Notes under the pieces: generated by a model
What the model saw: only the letters and a program-made list of their open reading frames with translations
Told to the model about the DNA's origin: nothing
The model's database searches: none
In this document: one piece after another, positions 8,549 through 18,810 of the stretch
How positions within the stretch are numbered: the first letter of the stretch is position 1
How the letters are laid out: each line of letters begins with the position of its first letter
Translations under genes and position numbers: made by a program
Source: Folioceros fuciformis
Taxonomy: Eukaryota
DNA: 20,000 nucleotides
Assembly: GCA_049999805.1 (NCBI GenBank)
Contig: JBNGIO010006112.1
Span: 164,944-184,943 of the forward strand
Direction: 5' to 3'

Positions 8549-10208
8549 ATGGCCAAGGTTCAGTTCAACATTCAACAGTGCACCGTTGAACGCAGACCAA
8601 GGAGCTGGTTGGCAGCTGGAGATTTGAGGAACCATGGGCAGTAGATCGACTGTGGAGAACTTTCCTTTACAAAGCCCTGGACCGTGGTTGGTCGTTCAGA
8701 TAATTTACATCCAATTCAGAATGTGGTGTAGATCTGTACAAGCCCGGGACTCAATTTGAGTCCCTCCCTTCGGCAGACTGCTGAAGCGTTTCCTTCACTG
8801 TGTCGATCAGGTTGGGGACTTGGGCGACACGGGAGCTGTCGTTGCCGGTGAGGCGGCCACCAGAATAGGCAATATCCTCATCCCGCTGTGTGAGGATGTT
8901 GGACAGCCCGCCCTCGTTCTCGCCTTCTTTGTCCGCCAGACCTGGTGTTGCGGTTGTGAACGCCCTCTCCAAGTTCTGCTCCTCACTGCCTTTGCCTTTC
9001 TGCTTGGAGGTACCCGGACCAACCTGTGCAGCCCTCTGTGACAGCCCAGATCAACCGGTGCGGGGATGGGTCAGTTGCTGGGGGTTCACCCTCTCACGAC
9101 ATTGTACGGAACATGCTCAAATCTCCTAGCCATCGCAGACGCTGCTAGCGCCTAGTCTGCTCTCACCTCGGCTATAGTGTAAGTGCGAATGTTCACTGGC
9201 TGGAAAATTTCTACAAACCGGCTTTGGAGGATTTAGTAAGCCCTTTCGAGTAACGCGGACCTTTCCTTTTTGTTCTAAGGGGTATCACCTTGTAGTTATT
9301 GTTAGTGTGCTAAGGCAACCTACCTATGGTCAGTCTCCTGAAGTAAAAATATTAATTTCCTTGGTCATCTCCTCAAGTAGAAGTATCAATTTCCTTGACA
9401 AGGTTTTTTCTTCTAATTTAATAGCCTTCGTCATGTCATCTCTTGCATCTAACTGAAAAGTTGTCCAAACACCCTCTAAAGTATGTTGTCCATCCCCCAA
9501 GTGTTCATTTATTCTCCTCTTCGCTCTTTTCACACCCAATAAATTTGCTTGAGCCTCAACTAATGGAAGAGGCTCTCACACAACATTTAAAGTTTGTTGA
9601 TCTTACTTCAAGGAAGACTGATTGCATGTTATGTCTCGTTCACATTGCATCCTTAGCAAGCAAGAAAGGGATTTATCACCCCATGCTTCTTGCAAGCAAG
9701 GAGCTGACTTGTGCTCGTGGCATGTTCTTGCCCTAGTAAGCCAGCTAGGATACATGTCGGCATGGAGTAGGGACTTTATACCAATACCATGTGTGATATA
9801 CAACTATTGAGCAGATTATTTTGGATAACATACTCTTAGGTTAGCCACTCTAATTGGCATACGACAACAAACAAATGAGAATTTGTTAGGTTAGGGTTCA
9901 GCGTTACAATTGGTAAGTTGCATATAGTTTAAGGTGAAAGTCTATATCATATGGTTTAAGGTGAAAGTTAGAATGATGAGGGCAATAGAGACATATCTAT
10001 CCTACAAAGATGTGTACCATTTTTCGGCACCAAAACTAGTTTTCAATTTATTTTTTTGTAAAATTTAAATTAATTAAATTAATATTTTTTAAATAACAAA
10101 CCTCACATTTTATATATCAAGAGGTTACATGACTTATATACCTACACAAATAAAATATTGTTCTGAAAATCCAATGTATAGATGATGTGCTCCACATATG
10201 TGCGGGTG

Positions 10209-10416
10209 CGAAAATATGCGTACAAATGGAAGGTGCTAGAGTGGCATTGCTATTGCTCGAGTTTGTATATTTAAGACACTATTGCCCTAACAATAAAAGA
10301 TCATTGGTCGAAAATATGCGTACGAAAGGTGCTGGAGTGGCATTATATGACGACGACTATTGCTCAAGTTTTGTATATTTAAGATATGATTGCCCTAACA
10401 AAGAAAGATCATTGGT
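10209..10416. repeat. Tandem duplication of ~100 bp (10209-10308 and 10309-10416) immediately upstream of the F-box-like gene
   Basis: Both units start CGAAAATATGCGTAC and end AAAGATCATTGGT. They share TTGTATATTTAAGA and ATTGCCCTAACAA, with small indels. Confidence 0.9.
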
Positions 10417-10445
10417 TCCACCACAACCGTGCGAGTGGTGGCGAG

Positions 10446-11824
10446 ATGGCGGAAGGCGCGCAGCTCGTGCCATTCAGGCGTAGTGGGTCGATCGGTCGTG
10501 CAAGGATGAGACAGTCGGTGCTGAGACTCTACGAAATCGATTGGGTCTCCAATAATCCAATGCGGTACGAATATGCATGTGCACAAGTTCCTTATATTTT
10601 GGTTTGTGTTGCCTGAATTTTGGTTTGTGTGAGCATTGCAAACCAGCCTGGTCAGTTCCAACACTGCCCATGCTTTGTGATTGGTTGTTTCTATCTGAGC
10701 ATGATCTATGCTGAATGATTGTTCTCTGCAGCAATCCAAGGTGGGATATGCGACCCAGCTCGGTAAGCGCTGCGTGTTGGGTTAAGCACAAGCGAGCAAG
10801 GACGCGCAGGGTGAGCCTGGAATTAGTGATTCGCAGGAGGCTGCCCCACGTTTTCAAGGTGAAGAGACGTTGCAAAGTCCCGAAAGTGCGATGGACAACC
10901 CCAAGCCAGACAGGTTCTCAGAAGTTCGACCTGATTGCGTTCCTCAATTCCGGGAGTCGACCTCCACAGAGACTGAAGTGGTGCAGCCATGACAACGGTT
11001 TTGTGTGTTTCATGGGTGGAAGACTGGACATCTACATCCTCGATGTCAACAATCACACATACACGAGGCTGCCACCCTTTTATCAGAGCCGGGGGAACGA
11101 AACTATGAGGAACCGCATCAAGCTGTGCACCGTGCAGATTGCGCACTTTCCGACGCGACGAGCTCTGATGGTGTATGTGGCGTGGGCAGTAATGTCATCA
11201 TCAGGAAATGGCACCCATGGGCCCCCAAGATTGAGTGTGTACAGCACCGACTCTACCACTTGGAAGCTCAAGACGGTCGTCCCCACTTCCCCGATCCTGC
11301 AACGTGAATGTCCAAATTGGGCTTATGAATTCGTTGCGTGGGGTGGTTACATCTTAGCACCCAAGAGGTACGGAACAGAAGTGCTGGTGGTGGATTCAAA
11401 CTCTGGACGTGCCGTGTACGATTGGAGCATCCCAACATTTGCAAACGGTTGGGGGAGGGTGGTTCCGAGCCCACCGAGTCGCCTGCTGCTTCCTCACGCA
11501 CACGGCCACTCTCTTGTGGTGGTGACGAGCCTGGGGATGGGCATTATGATTGTGGGTGTGGGCGCTTGGCTCCCCATTCCCGATCCTCCTGAATGCTTGA
11601 TATTGGAGCTTGTGAGCAGGTGCAGGCACCCCGAAACTTCCAACTGGAACACATTGATCTTGGATAGCATTCAGTCTGCAGGAGACCTGCTCTTCTTCTC
11701 GTTTTCCGACGCCCATCACTCTTATTTGGGCCACCTGGTTTTCGACTCCGGGGATCCTGCATGGGCTCTGCTTGTTGGAAAACGGGGCATGAAGTTTGTG
11801 CAGGTCCACCACGGGTTTAACTAG
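10446..11824 (+). CDS. Divergent F-box / F-box-associated (kelch-like) protein; model join(10446..10564,10732..11824)
   Basis: The main exon corresponds to the 369-aa ORF. It contains CSHDNGFVCF...IYILDVNNHTYTRLPP (cf. S.NGLLC...YVCNP.T..W..LPP) and LSVYSTDSTTW (cf. EVY.S.T..W), plus a degenerate F-box-like LELVIRRRLP...RCK...W. A putative upstream exon joins in frame through a GT(ACGA)...TCTCTGCAG intron at 10565-10731. The start exon is less certain than the main exon. Confidence 0.6.
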
Positions 11825-12379
11825 GAGCTCTACGCTTGCTGCTGTCACATTTGAGCGTCCTCGCTGGTTTCTCTGGTTCTGTCAGTCACAACACTTCACT
11901 TCAGGTGTGAGACACGTCAGGTGGTTGGGAATTTCTCACATGAACCACTCTGTGTCCTGCTACGGTTAATAACTGCTATATTTATAATTTCTAAAGTTGT
12001 GATTTCATCGAAGTGTAAACTTGGCTGTGTTACTCGTCAAACGTTTTCATGAGTCGACGTCTAAGTTGTTGATGAAGGGTCAGAGTTAGCTGCCGCCTGT
12101 TCGCTATTCACAAGCTGATTTACGCATTCGATCATTCTTGTTTCAATGTACTGCAAACTTGTGGTAACCATCACTACAGGCAGTTCTTGGTGACCCTCGT
12201 TGACACTGTGTTACAACGATATGTACATTTCTCTGATGCAACGTGACGGTGGCTAGCGTGCAATTCGCGCATGTCAGTGTCTCACAATTGATCTGCCAGA
12301 TACGTTTGGCACACAAATGTGCAACTTGGAAGCCACATTACAAGCAAGCTCACTGGCCGGTTGCGCTCGCAGGGTCTAG

Positions 12380-12850
12380 GCTAGCTATAAACACAAAACC
12401 ATCTGCCTTTGCCGTTTGACTTCCGATTCTTCACAAATTATGGTGAAAGCAACGGGTGCCGGGATGCCTTCTTCTTTGCACAAGGCGAAGGACTTCCCTG
12501 CTTCATACCTTGCTGGAATTTGGGGATAGCCTGCTGTCGTGCCATTCCACAATCACCACTATCGCAACTCACTACAAGCCAGGAGGGAGGGATGCCTTAT
12601 CCTTCCTGTCTAAAGGCGAAGGGCTTCATGCTCCATTCGGATTTCGGAAACAGCCTGATAAACATGGCATTCCACATCCCACAGTTATCAGACTTAGCAG
12701 CTGCAGAAGTGGCTTGGATCTTCGCTGCACAGCACTGTGAAGATGTAGGGCTTTCTCAAACCTTGAGCAAATTCTATGAAGGGTTTCCTCGAAGATTGAG
12801 AAACATCTATGAAGGGCTTCCTCAGTCAGTCCTTGAGCACCATCCACATG
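12380..12850 (-). pseudogene. Decayed PPR (P-motif) fragments, antisense to the intact PPR gene
   Basis: The reverse complement contains TGGAATGCCATG (12663-12674, identical to 6113-6124 and 7361-7372) and GAAGCCCTTCGCCTTT (12612-12627, 15/16 to 7406-7421). A second P remnant, tggaatggcacgacagcaggctatcccc...gaagaaggcatcccggcaccc, lies at 12452-12549. ADGFVFIA (~12382-12405) resembles PDGHVFVA, and EEALH/EKALHL remnants occur at ~12730-12830. Confidence 0.7.
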
Positions 12851-13574
12851 TACTGAATCTTTCAGACTGGCATGTGAAGGGAAGGTGCACAAGCTGGCAT
12901 CCAACCCATACCCCTTTCTCACGATCACAGCTAGCCACTCTTGGCAGAGCCAGATACGAATTCATGACAGAATCACCGACCTCCCTCTGCATCCTCTCAT
13001 CGTATGCTCACCTCTTTGCTTTGAATCTCAGCAACAACAACTTCACCCTGGAGGCACAACATGAACTGCTGTACGCAGTAGACCTTCGCATCAGCATGGC
13101 CATGGGACGGCAAAGTTGGCTCAAGGTTTGAAGCAAGCCCGTGACGTGCTTGCTCCAGCAAAATCCATGCCTTGGTGGTGGTTGACCGACCTGACAGTGT
13201 GAGAGCAAGCTATTCCGACTATGGCTGTGTCCTGCTGGGCTTTTTGGAGTCTAAGTTCCTGAGAAAGCACACCGTTTTTTTAGCAAAGATTCCTTCCTCC
13301 AAGTCAGGTGAGCGGGACCTCGTCCAAGACCAGCAAGGTGTCAACATTCACACAACCATGGCTTTGATCGCAAGGAAGAGAATGTTGCATGTCCTTCTGT
13401 GACATCCCTGCACCGAATAGCAAGTTTGGACAACTTGTAGGATTTGGAGACCAAGCTTGGGAACAGAAGCTGATATCCAATCAACCAGCTGTAATCCTTC
13501 CATCTGCTTTTGTGAATGCCTCCACAGAGTGGAAGGCACTGTTCAGCCCCCCAGTACCTACCTTACTGTCATTC

Positions 13575-13710
13575 GAAAACCGGATGGCCACTGCCAGCAG
13601 GTGCATGCTCATGTGTTGGCCATCAAAACAGTGGCCTCTGGGTTTGAGTGTTGGTTGTTTGTATATAACGTTGGTGCACAACACATAAATGCCAAAGTTG
13701 TCATAACTTG
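13575..13710 (+). pseudogene. Decayed PPR fragment, sense orientation (first P/L-motif region)
   Basis: GATGGCCA (13583-13590 = 5903-5910) followed by CAGCAGGTGCATGC (13595-13608 = 5966-5979). Translates KPDGH..QQVHAHVLA, compared with NPDGH...QQVHADLLA in the intact gene. Confidence 0.55.
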
Positions 13711-13763
13711 CACCGTGACAGTTTCAATGAAATGAACAGGACAACGTGAAACGAGGCAACAAC

Positions 13764-14135
13764 TCTATCAGACACACTGCATGCATGCTAAGCCTGTGTC
13801 TTCCAATACTCGTTGCCTCACTCGTGCGTATCCAGATCTAACAAACTGCTGCCTACAGAACATAATTATGCCTTTGAACTTCGAAGGCCAAGTGTTCCAA
13901 TGTGCGCATGAGCTTTTTCTGTAGCTCCGGCGCCGGTAATCCCCACGCTTGCACTGGCACAGACAAACAAATGTCAAGAATCGGGTGCAACCATGTCGTC
14001 TTCCAACATATTACTCCAGCACACAGCAAGACACTGGGATTCCTGATTCATGCCCTACCCAAAATACACCAGGTGCTTGCAGGAAAATTTCGTAATCACT
14101 GCATCTTTTCAACCAATGCATGCACATGTCAAGAA
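13764..14135 (-). pseudogene. Decayed copy of one full PLS triplet (S-P-L-S) of a PPR gene
   Basis: The reverse complement is colinear with ~6035-6390: gacatgt, aagatgc, ttcctgcaa, the exact 16-mer CATGGTTGCACCCGAT (13980-13995 rc = 6196-6211), gtgcaag.gtggg, agctc-atgc, tgtaggca.cagt and ttggaagac. It carries multiple frameshifts. Confidence 0.8.
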
Positions 14136-14564
14136 CAAAGACTTGGTTTGCTGGCAAACCTTCACCGCCCCGCTTGTTCTGGCGTTCACTAGAATCCGGC
14201 AAATTGTAGAGCAAATAGAAAAAGGTGAAGGAAGGGAAAGAAGGTGGGAGCTGCATCTCCGTTTTCTAGTCACGTTTTGGTGGAAGGCAGCTGATGAGGA
14301 AAGTCGCACATGAAGCCGGTGGTCGGTTATCGGCCGTTAACGAGCTTTGGCGCCGAGCCTGATATTAAAGAGACCGCCCGGTGTGGCGCCGAACCTGGAG
14401 CTGGACTTGCCAGGCTATGAGTTAGGCCGTGACGACCGGGACTGGTAGAAGCTGGCCAACCAACCATGGACTGATGGAACGTTTTGAGGGTGTTGAGGCG
14501 GCCAGCATCTCCAGCTCCGGCTCCGGCACCTCAAGAGGACAGGGCAGGGGCAGGGGCGGAGGCG

Positions 14565-16823
14565 ATGGGGAATCTGTGTTGGCGGCCAAACAAAGGCGAA
14601 GACTACGAGACGATAGAGTTCGAAGAAGTTGGAGATGGCAGCGGCAAGGTCCCGCTGCCCGTCCTGCCGCAGATTAGTAGGAGCAAGCGATTTGCGAAAG
14701 ATGCAGTTGCGATGCCGGACGAGGCCATTCTGGCGCTAGCGCTGCAGGAGCACCAGAAGATCCAGGCCCGACTGAACCGCGCCATGTCGCAGCGGCACAC
14801 CGACCCGGCCGGCACTGCCACCCTCGGCAAGCGCAGCCAGCTCCCCCGGAGCCTCAGCGCGCGGCCCCGGGACAACTCTGACCTGCTGCTCAACCCCGTC
14901 CAGCTGGCCAATGCCTCCAAGGTCTGTAGGAACAGGGACGGGACGCTGTGGCTGCTGATGTTTGCCGTTGCTGTTGCTCCTGTTGTTGCTAGCCAAATTT
15001 AGTCACTGACTGCCCTATTCTGATACCGAGTTCTCCTCTCTGCACCTCGCCTCTGCGGGAGCTTCTCCTAGGGTCCAGGGATGGGATACGGCCCTTATCT
15101 CGTGGTTTGAGACTCACTAAAGAAATGACCAGTATGGTCGAGATCAGGGTGCCAATGGGTTAGGATGAATGAGGACTTCGTGTGCCGTTCTCATGGTGGA
15201 TGCAGCGCCTGGGAGCAGCTATCTTCTTGCGCACTGAGCTTGGTTTTTTTTGTGAGGGAACTGAGAGTTCTGGCTCAGTTCTGTCGCCATTGAAGTGTCG
15301 AATTATCATCTGTAGAGGTCTCGAAATGGTGCAGCCTCTGCGCTCAAGCTGCTAGTTGGTCTTGCATTCCCCTGTCATGGCCGTTCAGCATTTGGCTGGG
15401 GTAATGTGTGGATTGCAGACCGGGGATGGAGCCAAGACGGAAAATTGTGACAAATGCTGTGCCTGTTTTACTCGCTTACATCCTCCTCTTTAGGAATCTG
15501 TTTAGATTTCCTCAGGTTTCTTACTTCGGGTCATTTTATCAGGTCGAGAGTCTGCCAGCCGATCTGCCGTCGAAGCACTTCGTTCTGGTTCATGGGGGAG
15601 GGCATGGTGCCTGGTGCTGGTATAAGGTTATTGCGTTATTGCAAGAAGCTGGATTTGCTGCTACTGCCCTCGATCTCGTCGGCTCGGGAATTGATCGAAA
15701 GGACCCCAACACTGTTACCACACTCTCGGAATATGTGCAGCCTTTGATCGATTTTCTGAACGAGCTACCGGAGCCGGAGAAGGTGAGCCGCTTTTTTGTC
15801 TTAACCCTTCCAGTTTCCCGTTGTTATGGTAGCCGATTTTCTCAAATGCAGGTTTGGATGATTGGTGTAGGTTTCCTCTCACCACCTGGACTCTAGATGT
15901 TCCTACTATGGCTGCTGCTTCATCTCATTTCCTGACCTTCTGTCCTAGAACCGCGCTTGCATCCTGACATTGATGAGAAGGTATTGGACTTCAGGTGATT
16001 CTGGTTGCCCACAATATTGGTGGTGCTTGCATCTCCCAAGCGATGGAACATCTCCCTGGGAAGGTCTCAAAAGCGGTTTTCGTCGCTGCAACCATGGTAA
16101 CTAGCGGACAAAGGGCCTACGACGTTTTCACGCAACAGGTGGGTTCTCCCACGTCACCCTTCGTTGGTAGCCCTCTCTTCCAGCAACTTCAATCCAAATA
16201 TGTGTTTAGACGATTTAGCTTGGACCAAGTTTGTACAGATGCTAAGAAGGTGCTTCTGCTTTTAGCAGGCACATGATACAGAGGGCCTCCTGCAGGTGGC
16301 CCAGAAATTTTCTTTTGGCAACGGGAATTCAAAGCCTCCAACCGCCATCGAGTTCGACAAACAGCATTTGAAGGAACTTTTTTACAACCTCAGTCCAGCC
16401 AGGGTAGGTCCCTCGTCCTTCCGGTGTGCCCGAAGTCCTCACAGCGTAGTAATCTGTTACGTGAGTGGCCTGTATCGTGGTCACTTGCCCCTGATACCCG
16501 CAAGTTCATTTTGTCCACAGCGTCTAATAGGTCTCGTTGCTATGATTCAGGATGTGGCTTTAGCCACCGTGGCCGTCAGGCCTGTTCCTTTCGCCCCGGC
16601 AATGGAAAAGCTCAGTCTAACAGAGGAAAACTATGGCAGTGTGCGACGTTTTTATGTCGAAACCACAGATGATAATGTTTTCAGTCCGTCTGTTCATGAA
16701 AGCATCGTCAGATTAAATCCTCCTGAGAAGGTGTTCAGGGTGAAAGGCAGTGACCATTCCCCGTTCTTCTCTAAACCTCAGTCACTCAATAAATTTTTGA
16801 TTGAGATTGCTCTTTTGAGGTAG
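14565..16823 (+). CDS. Methylesterase-family (SABP2/MES) alpha/beta hydrolase, MES11-like with N-terminal extension; join(14565..14921,15543..15782,15995..16138,16269..16403,16551..16823), 382 aa
   Basis: MGNLCW N-terminus and LPRSLSARPR..DLLLNPVQL linker as in Arabidopsis MES11/13/15-type proteins. Also HFVLVHGGGHGAWCWYK, VILVAHNIGG, KAVFVAATM, NGNSKPPTA, YGSVRRFYVETTDD and GSDHSPFFSKP. Four canonical GT-AG phase-0 introns keep the frame (1149 nt in total). Confidence 0.92.
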
Positions 16824-17137
16824 TTACGAAGTCCGGTTCCAGTCTCGATATTTTCCGTTCACCCTCCATGTCTGTAGGGCAAGATGACAAACGAGTCGAT
16901 ACCCTGATAGCTTTGTATACCTCTGTGGTGTATCGAGATCTTGTCGTTACTTGTAAAGAAATTTCCCATTTTCACGGTGAGAGCCAGACGGGGACACCTT
17001 ATAGAGAAAGCAACAACAGGACCTTGAACTTTATTTTTATTTTGAACATTTTATTAATTATAAAAATTAAATGAAATGGGCGATATATCTTCATTATTGC
17101 GTGAGCCAAAGAATGTGGTGATTATGATTGATGTGTG

Positions 17138-17270
17138 ATGGACTATGGATTATTCCATAGTCCATGATTATGATTATGCTCCAATGTGCTCCATGGACTT
17201 TGAACTATTCCATAGTTCATGATCATGAGTCCAATAGTCCATGCTTATGACTGATGTATAGTTCATGAAT
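17138..17270. repeat. Degenerate short-period repeat (CCATAGTCCATG/ATTATGATT units) beginning with a perfect 12-bp hairpin
   Basis: ATGGACTATGGA (17138-17149) / TCCATAGTCCAT (17154-17165). Related units recur to ~17270 and again near 17583. Confidence 0.6.
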
Positions 17271-17271
17271 T

Positions 17272-17485
17272 CAACCTCTACAAGTCTAGTGTTTAGGTTC
17301 TTGTCATTGCAAGTGATCAAAGTGAAGTCCCAGCAGTGTAAGCTATCTATATTTTTTGTGGCCTAAAGGTGAAGGGTATGCAACCTCTACAAGTCTAGTG
17401 TTTAGGTTCTTGTCGTTGCAAGTGATCAAAGTGAAGTCCCGGCATTGTAAGCTATCTCTATTTTTCGTGGCCTATAGGTGAAGGG
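17272..17485. repeat. Tandem duplication, 109-bp period (17272-17376 and 17381-17485)
   Basis: Two copies of CAACCTCTACAAGTCTAGTG...GGTGAAGGG, with 6 mismatches in 105 aligned bases. Confidence 0.95.
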
Positions 17486-17791
17486 ACCTATGATCTAGTG
17501 GAGACCAGGATACCCACCCATGGACCAGCAATAGTATTTTCTATCCTATGTATTTTTGGGATGGCTGGTTTCACAAAATGAAATGGACTATTCCATAAAA
17601 ATGGTGACCAAAGGCTAAGAACGCCCAATGATATGTCTACAAGAGAACAAGAGCCTTTGCCACAAGCAAAAGGTAAGAAAATGGTAAACAAACATATGCA
17701 CACAAGTATGCGTTGTCACTATTGAAAATAAGGATTCCTAAACCTTTTTATTCATTTGTCATATTACTTTTTATTTCTTATGTACTTGGTA

Positions 17792-17812
17792 AGGGTTTAG
17801 GGTTTAGGGTTT
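17792..17812 (+). repeat. Short interstitial plant telomeric repeat (AGGGTTT)3
   Basis: agggtttagggtttagggttt. A shorter tttagggtttagg occurs near 18280. Confidence 0.75.
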
Positions 17813-18414
17813 ATTATCTTTTACAAGTTAATTTTGGATGGGATGGGGAGGCGGGTGCTACATTTGCATCCAAGCTCCCATATTGAGACATTTGTAGGCC
17901 ATTATGTTGGAATATTTGCTGGTCATTATATTGCAACATTTGCATCCGATAAATTTATATAATTCATTTTATTTAATATATAAATAGAACCAAATTTTAT
18001 AAATTAAATGCTGATTGGCAAGTTACATGTGGAGAAATTGTATGGGCAACGCGTCCATGGGCATGGTGCTGCACCCATGAGATGCATGGCTGGCCTGGCA
18101 AGAGCGAACGCCTCCTATAACCGGTGCTGGATTTGGTTGAGAGGGCATTGAAGCCTGTTGATGTCACCATCACCACAAGTGAAGTGCATAGGATCTCAGG
18201 TTTTTTTGGGGAATAAGCAAATGTCAGATAAAAGACAGCCCACTTTCATGACCCTTTTTCTTTTTGGCCCATTTTTCATTTTAGGGTTTAGGATTACAAC
18301 TACCAATAACCGTTTATACTTTATAAACACTTGCTCCAAGCAACATAATCAATGCAAACGCATCTTAGAGCAAGCTATGATTCTCATTAGAAAGAGGCAG
18401 TGAGAGAGTCGATG

Positions 18415-18810
18415 CTTGTAGTAGCTATTGATGATAATGAAGTGCAACTCGATTACTTTAACAACCAGGAGAACTATTAAGGCTACACCTACTCTGGGAA
18501 CAGAGCTCTCCACGAGCTTTAGCACTGTAGCTCAATCACATAGTCAGAAGCAACCAAGTTATTTGTAGAAGATGTTAGCGTTAAAATTGCAAACTTTGGT
18601 ATAGTCTAGTCTGCATCAACAATTGAATAATAGGGAGACTACTCAACACCCATAGATACAATTGGAGGCACTACAGTGTAAAGGTGTATTGCCTTTAGTT
18701 CTCTTAGTATTCTACTTTTACGTATAAAGTGTCTGTTTTGGTTTCAAACTAGTGTGTGGTTTGCAGGGGTTGTGATGTCTACGCAATTACCTCCCTAGAA
18801 CAACCCACTA
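18415..18810 (+). pseudogene. Highly decayed receptor-like protein kinase domain remnant
   Basis: Ordered motif relics: LVVAI (cf. VAIK), NEVQL (18436-18450, cf. NEV.LL), VKIANFGIV* (from 18580, cf. AKIADFGLAR) and DVYA...LE (from 18774, cf. SDVYAFG..LLE) after a TTTGCAG acceptor-like site. Many stops and frameshifts. Confidence 0.45.

Noticed and set aside
5590..8556. Numerous overlapping ORFs within the PPR gene, e.g. 6233-6937 (-)
   Set aside because: Shadow frames of the repetitive PPR coding sequence.
8549..8760. Frameshifted continuation of a DYW deaminase domain
   Set aside because: Translation of the forward frames shows no GY.P, HSE/HAE or CxxC motifs.
9330..9810. Minus-strand ORFs and TGGTATAAAG as an LTR primer-binding site
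   Set aside because: Poor match to the tRNA-Met PBS (TGGTATCAGAGC), no identifiable LTR or gag motif. Probably TE debris but not assignable.
13172..13402. ULP1-protease-like words (HALVVVD, DYGCVLLGFLE)
   Set aside because: Catalytic residues and spacing do not fit, and the region lies among PPR relics.
14484..14564. Upstream TTG-initiated extension of MES exon 1
   Set aside because: Non-ATG start. The ATG at 14565 gives the family-typical MGNLC terminus.
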